Below are positions 8,265 to 18,160 of a stretch of 41,986 nt of DNA, in pieces; positions within the stretch are counted from its first letter, which is position 1, and every line of letters starts with the position of its first letter. The notes beneath the pieces are model-generated. The model saw only the letters and a program-made list of their open reading frames with translations. It ran no database searches and had not been told where the DNA came from. The stretch covers positions 1-41,986 of the IMG/VR virus record IMGVR_UViG_3300025018_000048; one strand, 5' to 3'. Made by a program: the position numbers and the translations under genes. Source of the DNA: a virus (lineage: Duplodnaviria > Caudoviricetes).

Positions 8265-9694
8265 CAACCGTATGGGCGCCGCACAAGGGTAGCCAAACCC
8301 TGTTCCTGGCCTGCCCGGTATTCGAATGCCTGTTCGAGGGCACTCGCGGACCGGGCAAGACCGATGCGCTCCTGATGTCGTTCGCCCAGTACGTCGGCGT
8401 GGGCTTTGGCCCGGCCTGGCGTGGCATCCTGTTTCGGGAGACGTACAAGCAGCTGGCTGACGTCATCGTCAAGACCAAGCGTTGGTTTCGCCTGTTCTTC
8501 CCCGCGGCCCGGTTCCTTGAGAGCCCATCGGACTACAAATGGCGGTTCCCCGGCGGCGAGGAGCTGCTGCTGCGAGTGGGCGTGAAGGAGGATGACTACT
8601 GGGACTACCACGGCCATGAATATCCGTGGATCGGATTCGAGGAACTGACCAACTGGCGCACGCTGGGCTTCTACGAGATGATGCACAGCTGCTGTCGCTC
8701 GAGCCAGCCGGGCATGCCGCGCATGGTGCGGGCCACCACCAACCCATACGGTCGCGGCCATGCAGCTGTGAAGGAGCGCTGGAGCATCGGTGTCAGCAAG
8801 CCCGGCGACATCATCCGCGACGCGCAGGGCAGGGAGCGCACCTACGTGCACGGCGATATTCGCGAGAACCTGGCGCTCCTGGCCAATGATCCGGACTACA
8901 TGGCAACGCTGGAGGGCATCAAGGATCCAAACCGGCGCAAGGCCTGGCTGCACGGCTCCTGGGAAATCAACATCGGCGCCTTCCTCGAGCACTGCTGGGA
9001 CCCGGCCAAACACATCGTCAAGCCGTTCCCGATCCCCGGCCACTGGAAGTGCTGGCGGGCGATGGACTGGGGGTATGCCAAGCCGTATGCGGTGCTGTGG
9101 TTTGCCAAGGACCCAGAGGGCAAGACCTACATCTGGCGCGAGATGTACGGCATCGCCAAAGACGACAACGGCAAGGACCTGCCGAATGTGGGCAGCAAAG
9201 AATCGCCCGACACGGTGGCCAGGCGCATCGCCGAGCGCGAGAAGCACGACGAGCGTGTCGGCATCTGGATGGGTCCGTCGTTCACCGGTCCCGACCTGTT
9301 CGCCCGCGGCGGTGGCCAGTATGGCGCCCAGAACACCCATGCCGAGACGTTCAAGCGCCATGGCGTGAAGTTCCGCCCGGCCTGGGCCGCAAAGGGGAGC
9401 CGCGCCGCCGGCGCGATGGAAATTGTGCGGCTGCTCGAGACTGACCAGCTCGCGGTGTTCGATACCTGTCGCCATTGGCTGCGCACCGTTCCGACACTGG
9501 AGCCCGATCCTGAGGATCCCGATGACGTGGACACCGAGGCCGAAGACCACGCCTGGGACGCCACACGCCAGGGTCTGGTGCGCGTGACGCGATCGCCAAG
9601 TGAGCCCGAGGAATCACTTTCTGGCGACCCAGAGGCGAACCCGGTCCATATTCTGCCGGACGGATCACACCGAATCGAGCGGATCACACGATGA
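8261..9694 (+). CDS. terL: Terminase large subunit
   Basis: Walker A GTRGPGKT, Walker B IGFEE, ATTNP, nuclease MDWG and EDHAWD. Confidence 0.93.
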   Translation: MTTVWAPHKGSQTLFLACPVFECLFEGTRGPGKTDALLMSFAQYVGVGFGPAWRGILFRETYKQLADVIVKTKRWFRLFFPAARFLESPSDYKWRFPGGEELLLRVGVKEDDYWDYHGHEYPWIGFEELTNWRTLGFYEMMHSCCRSSQPGMPRMVRATTNPYGRGHAAVKERWSIGVSKPGDIIRDAQGRERTYVHGDIRENLALLANDPDYMATLEGIKDPNRRKAWLHGSWEINIGAFLEHCWDPAKHIVKPFPIPGHWKCWRAMDWGYAKPYAVLWFAKDPEGKTYIWREMYGIAKDDNGKDLPNVGSKESPDTVARRIAEREKHDERVGIWMGPSFTGPDLFARGGGQYGAQNTHAETFKRHGVKFRPAWAAKGSRAAGAMEIVRLLETDQLAVFDTCRHWLRTVPTLEPDPEDPDDVDTEAEDHAWDATRQGLVRVTRSPSEPEESLSGDPEANPVHILPDGSHRIERITR

Positions 9695-11733
9695 CGATTG
9701 ACATCACCCCCACACCAGCGCCGCCGCCAGGCAGCGCGCAATCCATTGTCTCGGCTCAGGTCGAACAGACAAGGCCGAAGGACGATCCACTGGTCGCGAC
9801 CTGGTTCAAGCGCATCAAGGCCGCCGAAAAGCACTGGGACGCCTTCCACCGGCGCGTGCGATACAACCGCGCGCTGGTGCGTGGCATCGACGATTCCTCT
9901 GGAACCACCCCGGAGAGCCCGCACTACAACAAGAAGCGAGCGAACCTGATCAAGGCCAACATCGCGGTGGTGCAGTCCAAGGTCTACGCCAAGAACCCGG
10001 AGATGTCGGCCGAGCCCACGAACAAGGGCGCCAACTTGCGCAAGCTGTGCGATACGGTGTCGACAGTCACACAGACCATGCTCGAGGATGCCAAGCTCAA
10101 GGCCAAGGCCAAGCGCGGTGTGCGCGCCGCCATGACCTGCACGCTGGGCATCCTCAAGGTGCAGTACCAGCGCGATCGCAAGATCGACCCGATCATCAAA
10201 GACCGCATCGAGGACGCGCAGGACAACATCGCCAACATCGAATCTCTGCTGGCGCAGATCGAGGGCGACGAAGCTACCCGCACCGACCTTGAGTCCAAGC
10301 GCCGCGAGCTCGAGCAGGCCGTTGCAGGCTGGGAGGCGCAGAAGGAGGTTGTGGCGTCCGAGGGCCTGGTGCTGGACATGGTGCGAACCGACAGGTTGCT
10401 GCTGGACACCGCGATCGATGACATCCTGGACTACGAGCAGTCGGCCTACATGATCGAGAAGATCCCGATGCGCCGGTCCGTGGCGATGGGGCTGATGCCT
10501 GGGATCGACCTGACACACGCCACGACATACAAGGTCGGAGACGTGGACAAGTCCCCGCAGGCCAATGCCACAAGTCCGTATTCCGGCACCAACATGCAAG
10601 GCGACAGCGCCGACGATCCGCTGGTGCTGGTCTACGAGATCTGGAGCAAGACCGACAACACGATCTATACCCTGGTCGACGGAATCAAATCCCAGTTCGC
10701 GCGCGCGCCGTATCAACCGCAATATGCCGGTGAGCGGTGGTGGCCGTATTTCATCCTGCCGTGGGGTGTTGTCGACGGCGTTGTGGTGAGCCAGTCTCTG
10801 GTCGACGACCTGGAAAAGCTCGAGGTCGAGCACAACGAGACGCGCGACAAGTTCGCCGAGCTGCGCCGCAAGAACGTGCCGCACTGGATCGCATCGGGTG
10901 ACGTGCGCGAGAAGGACCTGATCAAGAAGATCACGATTCCAGGCCTGGGCGAAGTCATGGTTCTCGATGCCGGGGACAAGAAGGTCGAGGACGTGTTCAC
11001 GCAGGCCCAGCTGCTGCAGATCGATCCGGCCGCCTACGACACGTCCCCGATCAGCTACGACATCGAGACGGTGTCAGGCCTGCAGGAGGCGGCCAGGTCC
11101 ATCGTCACCAAGCCCAAGACCGCGACCGAGGCCAGCATCAGCGACCAGAGCCTGGGCGCCAGGGTTGCAGACTTCCGGGACACGGTCGAAGACTGGCTGA
11201 CCGAGATCGCGCAGTATTCGAGCGAGCTGTGCCTGCTGGCCATGACGCCGCAGCAGGTCGAGCAGATCATGGGCGCTCCAGCCCCCGTCGACCCGCTGGC
11301 GGCCATGACGCAGACCATGGCAACCGGTATGCCGCCGCCACCGCCCGAGTTGCCCTACGAGTGGCCAGCGCAGCGCACGCCCGATACCGTGTTTCAGCTG
11401 ATCCAGATGAAGATCCGGGCCGGCTCGACCGCGGCGCCCAACAAGCTCGAGATGCAGGAGTCATGGACCCGGGCCCTGCCGCTGCTGCAACAGATGATCG
11501 GCATCATCATGCAGACCGACGCCATGGGCGGCGACAGCACGCCATACCGCGAACTGGTCAAGGAGACGGCCGCGCGGTTCGATGAATCGCTCGATGTGGA
11601 CCGGTTCTTGCCGCCCAAACCCATTGCGCCAGCCATGCCAGCCGTGGCCGCGTCACCCCAGATTCCCGGCGCCCAGCCGGGCATGCCAATGCCAGGCGGC
11701 CAGCCTGGTCAACCCCCTGCAACACTCCAATGA
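9691..11733 (+). CDS. Portal protein (podovirus type)
   Basis: 680 aa after terL; KTATEA motif, Pro/Gln-rich C-terminal tail. Confidence 0.85.
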   Translation: MTIDITPTPAPPPGSAQSIVSAQVEQTRPKDDPLVATWFKRIKAAEKHWDAFHRRVRYNRALVRGIDDSSGTTPESPHYNKKRANLIKANIAVVQSKVYAKNPEMSAEPTNKGANLRKLCDTVSTVTQTMLEDAKLKAKAKRGVRAAMTCTLGILKVQYQRDRKIDPIIKDRIEDAQDNIANIESLLAQIEGDEATRTDLESKRRELEQAVAGWEAQKEVVASEGLVLDMVRTDRLLLDTAIDDILDYEQSAYMIEKIPMRRSVAMGLMPGIDLTHATTYKVGDVDKSPQANATSPYSGTNMQGDSADDPLVLVYEIWSKTDNTIYTLVDGIKSQFARAPYQPQYAGERWWPYFILPWGVVDGVVVSQSLVDDLEKLEVEHNETRDKFAELRRKNVPHWIASGDVREKDLIKKITIPGLGEVMVLDAGDKKVEDVFTQAQLLQIDPAAYDTSPISYDIETVSGLQEAARSIVTKPKTATEASISDQSLGARVADFRDTVEDWLTEIAQYSSELCLLAMTPQQVEQIMGAPAPVDPLAAMTQTMATGMPPPPPELPYEWPAQRTPDTVFQLIQMKIRAGSTAAPNKLEMQESWTRALPLLQQMIGIIMQTDAMGGDSTPYRELVKETAARFDESLDVDRFLPPKPIAPAMPAVAASPQIPGAQPGMPMPGGQPGQPPATLQ

Positions 11734-12848
11734 AATACCCACGACACAGATTCCTCGCCCCCGAGCCCGGCGACACCGGCGGCACCGGGGCCGCTGCTCC
11801 AACCGACGGCCCTGCACCAGACGCGACGCCGGCGGCACCGCCAGAGCCCGAAGTCGTCAAGGTCGACTCCGGCCACGGCGACGAGAACGCAGCCAAGATC
11901 ACGGCGCTGCTCGATGGGATCGGCAAGCCCGACGACGAGTCCAAGCCCGCCAGTGGCGATGCCAAGACCGGTCCGGCCGACAAGAGTGGCGCCAAGCCCG
12001 ACGCGCAGCCCAAGCCAACCGACAAGCCGCCCAAGGATGCGGAGGCCAAGGACGATGACTTGACGCCGCCGGAGGGCGCCAACGAGAAGACCATGGGCCG
12101 ATGGGCGAAGCTGGCCGAGCGCGCCAAGGCGGTGCCGGAGCTGGAGAAGCGCGCCACCGACGCAGAAACGGCTCTGGCCAGCGTGCGCGAGATGGTGCAG
12201 AGCTCTGGCCTGGCGCAGGACGAATTCCAGGGCATGCTCGCCATGGGCCGGCTGTTCAAGTCGGACAACCCGGAAGACCTCAAGACCGCGTTGCAGCAGA
12301 TCGACGGCCTGGGCGCCGACCTGGCAACGCGGCTGGGCATCGAGGCGCCCGGTGTCGACCCGTTGTCCAAACACCCGGACCTGGCCAAGGATGTCGAGGA
12401 CATGGCGATGTCCCGCGAGCGTGCCCTGGAAGTCGCCAAGCTCCGCGACAAGGCGGCAAAGGCCGATCAGGCGGCCCTGGCCACGCAGGAGCAAACCAAG
12501 TTCCAGCAATCGGTGCAGTCGGCAGCCCAGCAGATGGATGTGGCGCTTGCGCAGCGGGCGAACACGCCAGGACACGCCGAGAAGTTGGCATTCATCACCG
12601 CCAAGCTGCGCGAGCCCGGCGCGATGCAGCAGTTCGTGACGACGTACCAGCCGCACCAGTGGCAGGCGGCCGTGCTGATGATGTACGACGCCTATTCCCC
12701 ACCGGCGCCGGCGCCAACGCCCCCGGCCGCGCCGCAGCCGCTGCGCCCTGGTCATGTTGCCAACGGCACGCGCCAGATCGGCAACAAGCCGGTGACGGCC
12801 GAAGAATCGGTCGAACATGCATGGGCGGCCGCAGGCCTGCCAGGGTGA
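11730..12848 (+). CDS. Head scaffolding protein
   Basis: Acidic, Pro-rich disordered N-terminus and coiled coil; lies between portal and capsid. Confidence 0.75.
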   Translation: MKYPRHRFLAPEPGDTGGTGAAAPTDGPAPDATPAAPPEPEVVKVDSGHGDENAAKITALLDGIGKPDDESKPASGDAKTGPADKSGAKPDAQPKPTDKPPKDAEAKDDDLTPPEGANEKTMGRWAKLAERAKAVPELEKRATDAETALASVREMVQSSGLAQDEFQGMLAMGRLFKSDNPEDLKTALQQIDGLGADLATRLGIEAPGVDPLSKHPDLAKDVEDMAMSRERALEVAKLRDKAAKADQAALATQEQTKFQQSVQSAAQQMDVALAQRANTPGHAEKLAFITAKLREPGAMQQFVTTYQPHQWQAAVLMMYDAYSPPAPAPTPPAAPQPLRPGHVANGTRQIGNKPVTAEESVEHAWAAAGLPG

Positions 12849-12899
12849 GGGTGAATCACTTTTTGGCGTGAGTGGTGTTGACACGGGCAAATAATTCGC

Positions 12900-13143
12900 T
12901 CGCAGTCGTCAGAAGGTCGCTGTAACCGGGAGTCGCGCCCCGGGCTCCTGGCAGCTGCAACACGCCCAGGAATACCGCATGTACGTGTGAGTCGCGACAC
13001 ACAGCCCCAGCAGGGCCTGACCTCATGGCAGCAACGCCGGATTCGCCACCGGCAAGGCCAGGTCCTGCAAATGCCCCCGCTGAACCGGTGCGTCAGCAAG
13101 CGTGAAAGGAGATCCACAACTTTCATTCTTGGAGGGCACCACC
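12900..13143 (+). ncRNA. Candidate structured leader RNA upstream of the major capsid gene
   Basis: Three 5-bp stems with related 8-nt loops, plus additional helices, in a 295-bp intergenic gap. Confidence 0.55.
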
Positions 13144-14190
13144 ATGCCAATCTCTGGCGGCGACCTGGCAACCATTGCCACGCTATCCATCGCAGACTAC
13201 CTGCGCAATCGCCCGATCGATCAGGTCGGCACGCAGCACCCGCTGCTCGAAAAGCTCATGGCCAAGCGCAAGAAGCTCAACCCTGGTGTGAACCAGAAGG
13301 TGCAGGTGCGCAAGGGCTACGGCACGAACTTCGCCTGGAGCAAGGGCGAATCGCCGCGCACGTTCACCAAGCGCGACACGATCGATCAGGCCACCTACGA
13401 GTGGTACACCGGTATCGATGGCATGTACCTGCCGTGGGACAACCTGTTTGCTGCAGGCGTGTTCGTGGATCCCGACCCGGCCAGCAAAGGCAAGCTGGTG
13501 CCCACGGCCAACGAGAAGGCGGTGATCACCAACATGATCACCGAGCACATGGAAGCGTTCGAGCTCGGCTTCAAGGAGAAGCTGGACATCGAGCTGCACC
13601 GCGACGGCACGTCCGGATCGGATGCGGTGGTGGGCCTGGATGCCGCTATCTCCCGTACGCCTGCGGTGGGGGCGTATGGCGGCCTGGATCCGGCCACCAA
13701 GACCTACTGGCGCAACTACTTCGCCGGCGCGGTTGCCACGGTGAACCTGTTAGCCACCATGGAGGCCATGTGGCGCGCGTGCCATCGCAACGGTGGTACG
13801 CCCGACTGCATCATCGCCGGATCAACGTTCATCGACGTGTATCGCACGGTGATCACGCTGACCCAGAACGTGGACGCTGGCACGGTCAAGCGGATCGACG
13901 CCGGTGTGGGCCAGGGCAGCAAAACCGGGCTGTTTTACAAGGGTGTGGAGATCCTGTGGGATCCGACCTTCTCCACGCTCGACGCGTTGGAGACGCCGGC
14001 CGCATCGGCCTTGTGGGAGAAGCGGGCCTACTTCATCAACAGCGACCAGCTGCTGTATGAGGACGACGGCATGACGGTGTACAGCCCGATGTCGCCCCAC
14101 AACATCCGCGCGACTTATGTGTCCGTGGATCTGCGCTGTCGACTCAAGGCGCATCGGCGCAATGCGCACGGTCTGATCATCGTCGCGTAA
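13144..14190 (+). CDS. Major capsid protein
   Basis: 348 aa, GGAGG RBS, follows the scaffold; GLDAAIS...YGGLD...YWRN pattern of podovirus capsids. Confidence 0.88.
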   Translation: MPISGGDLATIATLSIADYLRNRPIDQVGTQHPLLEKLMAKRKKLNPGVNQKVQVRKGYGTNFAWSKGESPRTFTKRDTIDQATYEWYTGIDGMYLPWDNLFAAGVFVDPDPASKGKLVPTANEKAVITNMITEHMEAFELGFKEKLDIELHRDGTSGSDAVVGLDAAISRTPAVGAYGGLDPATKTYWRNYFAGAVATVNLLATMEAMWRACHRNGGTPDCIIAGSTFIDVYRTVITLTQNVDAGTVKRIDAGVGQGSKTGLFYKGVEILWDPTFSTLDALETPAASALWEKRAYFINSDQLLYEDDGMTVYSPMSPHNIRATYVSVDLRCRLKAHRRNAHGLIIVA

Positions 14191-14264
14191 CCCCCTGGCG
14201 GCCCGAATCAACACCCGGGCCGCCGCTTCCTTGACCCCTGCTACACAGAAAGCGAGACCCAGCC

Positions 14265-14768
14265 ATGAAACACCTTGTCCCTCTGATCGTCGTTGGTGTG
14301 CACCGCGACATCACGACCACCCAATATCCGCAGGTGCCCGAGCACGAGATCCCGATTCTGCAGGCGATCCACGGTGACACGAACGTCTACCCCGGCGAAC
14401 CCAATGGCGAGAACACCGCCCTGGACGCGGACGATGAATACGACCGCCTGACCCGCAAATACAACGAGGACGCGGTGCGCGATGCCTACGGCGTGACGGC
14501 GCGTGGCGACATCCGCCGGGCTGTGCTCAACGCCAGCGTCGGCCAGGTCGAGAACGAGAACACCGGTATCGTGCTCGAGGGCCCCGACTCCAAGCCCAAG
14601 GCCGCCAAGACGTCCGACGCACCCGCCAATGACGCGGCCGGGAAACCCGGGGCCCAGTGGACCAAGGCGCAGCTGCTCGAATACGCGTCCGCGCACGACA
14701 TCGACGTGGACGAAGATGCCACCAAGGCGCAGATCCTGGAGGCCATCAAGGCCGCCGTGCCGGCGTAA
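14265..14768 (+). CDS. Virion-associated hypothetical protein with C-terminal Rho-N/HeH-like domain
   Basis: HEIPILQAIHG...YDRLTRKY; WTKAQLLEYA...ATKAQILEAI. Confidence 0.7.
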   Translation: MKHLVPLIVVGVHRDITTTQYPQVPEHEIPILQAIHGDTNVYPGEPNGENTALDADDEYDRLTRKYNEDAVRDAYGVTARGDIRRAVLNASVGQVENENTGIVLEGPDSKPKAAKTSDAPANDAAGKPGAQWTKAQLLEYASAHDIDVDEDATKAQILEAIKAAVPA

Positions 14769-14780
14769 GGACGGCTCGCC

Positions 14781-15596
14781 ATGCCATTGATCGTCGCAGA
14801 CCGGGTCCTGGAGCAAAGCACAACCGTCGGCAATGGCACGATGGTGCTGGCCGGCGCAGCCCTGGGCTTTCGCTCCTTTGCCTCGGCCTGCTCGATCGGG
14901 GACACCTGCTGGTACTACATCGAGGGCGTCGACTCCTTCGGCAAGCCCACTGGCGAGTATGAGTACGGCCTGGGCACCTACTCGGCCGCGAACCAGCTGG
15001 CCCGCACCGCTGTTCGCGGGTCGAGCAATGGCGGCTCACTGGTGGTGCTCACCGCAGGCACCAAGCTGGTCGGCATTGCGCCGCTGTCGCCTGGGGTGAC
15101 AGCAACCCGAGACGAGTGGCTCAGTCTGCTCGGCGCCTTGAGCAAGACCGGTGGCACGATGACGGGCGAGATCATCCTGCTCAACGGCCTGGTGTCCACC
15201 GAGCTGACGCCGGTGGGCTCCATGGTGCTGTTTGCTGGCCCGACTCCGCCGTCCGGATGGCTCACCGTGCCGGTTGCGCCAACTGACATTTCCCGCGCCA
15301 CGTACGCACGGCTGTTCACGGCCTTGGGTACAACTTGGGGCGCTGGAGACGGATCAACGACGTTCGGCATGCCCTACGTCCTGCCCGATCAAGTGTTTGT
15401 GCAAGCGAATGGCAACGTGGCGGCGGCAACGACGGGCGACGTCAAGGCCCACACGCACTCTGGTGGAGCAAACGTCAATCTTGGCGTCACGTCGGGCGGC
15501 GCGGTCTATGGCGTGACCGCCGCAAACACGGGGTCAGCCGGCGGCTCCTACAACCTGCCAGCGGGCAATCGGTCTCTGTACATCATCAAGTATTGA
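14781..15596 (+). CDS. Short fibre protein with tail-collar domain
   Basis: N-terminal ADRVLEQSTTVGNG domain; PVGSMVLFAG..PPSGWL...SRATYARLF..LGTTWGAGDGSTTF. Confidence 0.85.
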   Translation: MPLIVADRVLEQSTTVGNGTMVLAGAALGFRSFASACSIGDTCWYYIEGVDSFGKPTGEYEYGLGTYSAANQLARTAVRGSSNGGSLVVLTAGTKLVGIAPLSPGVTATRDEWLSLLGALSKTGGTMTGEIILLNGLVSTELTPVGSMVLFAGPTPPSGWLTVPVAPTDISRATYARLFTALGTTWGAGDGSTTFGMPYVLPDQVFVQANGNVAAATTGDVKAHTHSGGANVNLGVTSGGAVYGVTAANTGSAGGSYNLPAGNRSLYIIKY

Positions 15597-15600
15597 CGAC

Positions 15601-15948
15601 ATGAAAACCGTCTATCTGTTCGACCCTGAGACCGGCGCCTACAAGGGCGAGTATCTGGCGCAGGAGAGTCCACTGGAGCCCGGTGACTTCATTGTGCCGA
15701 AGCACTCGGTTGAGGTTGAGCCTCCCGCGGCAGAGCTTGGGAAGCGGTCGGTGTGGGATGGCCAGAAGTGGGGCAAGGTCGATGTTCCCGTGACGCCGGA
15801 GAACGCGCCGGCCCAGTACGAATCACTGCTCAGTGAGATCACCCCATTGGCGCTGGCCAAGGCCATTCTGACCGACGAGGGCAAGACTGATCTGGCGCGC
15901 ATCGTGGCGCGAATCGAAGCTGAAAAGGCGAAAGGGACACTGAAATGA
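15601..15948 (+). CDS. Tail fibre assembly chaperone (Tfa-like)
   Basis: VYLFDPETGAYKGE...SPLEPG.F.VP......PP.......WDGQKW. Confidence 0.8.
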   Translation: MKTVYLFDPETGAYKGEYLAQESPLEPGDFIVPKHSVEVEPPAAELGKRSVWDGQKWGKVDVPVTPENAPAQYESLLSEITPLALAKAILTDEGKTDLARIVARIEAEKAKGTLK

Positions 15949-17417
15949 CGATCAAGTTCACAGTAGCGGTCGACGGATACGCGGTCGGCATGACTGCAAA
16001 CAAGGCTGCACCGATCGAGGCGGCATATGTGGCGCGTGGGGTTGCGGTGTATGGGGGAGACGGGTATCCGCCCGCATCGGTATTAGGTCCTGGCGGCAAT
16101 GCCACATCTCTGGTGGATGGGGCTGGGAAAATCATTGTTCAGGCGAAAGCGTCTGGCGACGGCTTCGACCCATTCGGCCAGAACATCAGCACTACGAACA
16201 TCACGACGCTGACACCGCAGTCTGGGAGCGTTGCCACTGTCACCAACGTAATGACAGCCGAGGGTCCAGGCGTGCGCGCAGTATCCGACACGGCGGACAA
16301 ATACATCGAGATGACGTTTGCCCTGCCGTATCCGATGCTGATCAAGAACCTGGGCATCATCGCGCAGGCGAACGGCGTCACGCAGGCGACGTTGGCGATC
16401 TACGCATCCACATCGTCATCGTTCCTGTCCGCATCGTCCATCAGCAAGGGAATCGCCGTCAACGCCGGTAGCGGCAAGAATGGCGCGCAAAGCCATGGCC
16501 TGCTGACCTTCACGCTTTGCGGGCAGTCGCCGTCGAACGTTTGGACGAACATCACGCCGGTGAGTCTTGACACAACCCTTTTCACTCACATCAGGGTGCG
16601 CATCACGCCGGCATCAGGGCAGATCGCCGACTTCACCGTCGTCAAGTGGATTGCCAATCCAGCGGCAAAGTCGCGCATCGCGCTGACGTTCGACGACGGC
16701 TTGATCGCTCAGTACACCCACGTTGCGCCGCTGCTGCAAGCGCGTGGGCTGCGGGCATCGTTCGCCGTCATCCCCGACCTGATCGGCTCTTCGTCGGCGT
16801 ACATGAACCTGTCTCAGTTGCGCGAATTGAAGGCCAACGGCCACGAGATCATCACGCACGGCCCCATCGGTGGCGCCGGATCGCTGATTGACAACTACGG
16901 GTCCATCTCTGCCATGGTCGCCGACGCCGTGGCCTGCCGAGATTCCCTGATCGCCAAAGGCTTGATCACCACCGAAAACGAACGGTCTGTGTATGTGTGG
17001 CCTCAAGGGAAATTCCAGTCGGCCAGCGGAAACACCGACTTGTTGGAGGCTATGAAGGCGGCCGGATTCACGACCGGGCGCAGTGTGACGCGCTACCTCG
17101 GCTACAGCCACGCAGCAGCGAAGGCAACGCGATACGGTGGTTTGATCGCTCCGATCTTTGGGCACATCCGCAGCGGCGTTTCTTCGGGCGATGAGGATAC
17201 CGTCATCACCAACTGCACCACGGCGATCACCTACGCGGTTTCGACCGGCCTGGATGCTGTCGGAATGTTCCACAACATCATCGCTGACCAGGGTGTATTT
17301 GCGGCCACCAGCAACAACGATATTGAGGTGTCGCGGTTCATCACGATCCTTGATGCCATCGTCACGCAAATTGCGACCGGCAAGGCGACGAACGAGCTGT
17401 TTTCGAGTTTCGCCTGA
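15945..17417 (+). CDS. Tailspike/virion appendage with C-terminal polysaccharide deacetylase (CE4/NodB-like) domain
   Basis: IALTFDDG, ASFAVIP, GHEIITH, YVWPQG, MFH motifs; lies in the structural block. Confidence 0.8.
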   Translation: MTIKFTVAVDGYAVGMTANKAAPIEAAYVARGVAVYGGDGYPPASVLGPGGNATSLVDGAGKIIVQAKASGDGFDPFGQNISTTNITTLTPQSGSVATVTNVMTAEGPGVRAVSDTADKYIEMTFALPYPMLIKNLGIIAQANGVTQATLAIYASTSSSFLSASSISKGIAVNAGSGKNGAQSHGLLTFTLCGQSPSNVWTNITPVSLDTTLFTHIRVRITPASGQIADFTVVKWIANPAAKSRIALTFDDGLIAQYTHVAPLLQARGLRASFAVIPDLIGSSSAYMNLSQLRELKANGHEIITHGPIGGAGSLIDNYGSISAMVADAVACRDSLIAKGLITTENERSVYVWPQGKFQSASGNTDLLEAMKAAGFTTGRSVTRYLGYSHAAAKATRYGGLIAPIFGHIRSGVSSGDEDTVITNCTTAITYAVSTGLDAVGMFHNIIADQGVFAATSNNDIEVSRFITILDAIVTQIATGKATNELFSSFA

Positions 17418-17446
17418 TTCCCATCCACTGCCGGTACACCTGACCC

Positions 17447-18154
17447 ATGACCGTCACCGTCACCCCCACCCAGACATACGCCGGCATGCTGCAGACGCTG
17501 CGCGTGCGCTGCGGCATTCACGCGACGGTGGGCAGTGCGCCGGCCCTGAACGACATCCTGACCGAGGCTCACGAGTTCGTTTACCAACAACTCGACGACG
17601 GGCTTCCGTTCACCTCAACCATCACCCTGGCACCCAATGTGGCGACATACCCGTGGGTGGCCGACGTGGACAGCGTACCGATTGCCCGGGGCAGTGTGCA
17701 AGCGGTTTGGATTGCGCAGGGCAGTCAAGAGCGTTTGCCGCTGTCCCAGGGCATCACGCACGCCATGCGCGCGCACAGCGATATGCGAGCGCCCCCGGAG
17801 TGGTACGACAGCAAGTTCGAAGGCGACCCGGCCGTGTTCACGCTCGAAGTGTGGCCGACGCCGGACCAGGCCTATCCGCTGTACGTCGACCACGAGCGGG
17901 TGCTGACCCGGTTCAGCGAGAGCGCCGACGTTCCCAGCGCGCCATACCGCCTGGTGCTGGCGTATGCGATCGCCATGGGCAAAGCTCACTACAGCAAACC
18001 CGATGCTGAGGTGTCGGGCCAGGCGTTCAAGACGATGCTGTCCAAGACGAAGTATGAGCAGCGCGAGAATCAACGGTACATCCCGCAATCGGATCGCGCA
18101 GCTGTGCCGCGGGTTGTGCAAACCGCTGGTGGTTTCCGGCAGGTCTGGAGCTGA
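17447..18154 (+). CDS. Head-tail adaptor (tail tubular protein A-like)
   Basis: 235 aa; LEVWPTPDQAY motif; position before the nozzle. Confidence 0.75.
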   Translation: MTVTVTPTQTYAGMLQTLRVRCGIHATVGSAPALNDILTEAHEFVYQQLDDGLPFTSTITLAPNVATYPWVADVDSVPIARGSVQAVWIAQGSQERLPLSQGITHAMRAHSDMRAPPEWYDSKFEGDPAVFTLEVWPTPDQAYPLYVDHERVLTRFSESADVPSAPYRLVLAYAIAMGKAHYSKPDAEVSGQAFKTMLSKTKYEQRENQRYIPQSDRAAVPRVVQTAGGFRQVWS

Positions 18155-18160
18155 CCCGCC

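Noticed and set aside
9127-10884. Long antisense ORFs (also 2047-3420, 8162-9550, 17615-19159, 24153-25544, 37965-39374)
   Set aside because: These are shadow frames opposite well-supported genes in GC-rich DNA, with no recognisable motifs.
14197-14224. Intrinsic terminator after the capsid gene
   Set aside because: The GC stem is strong but has no U tract; it may only stabilise the mRNA.
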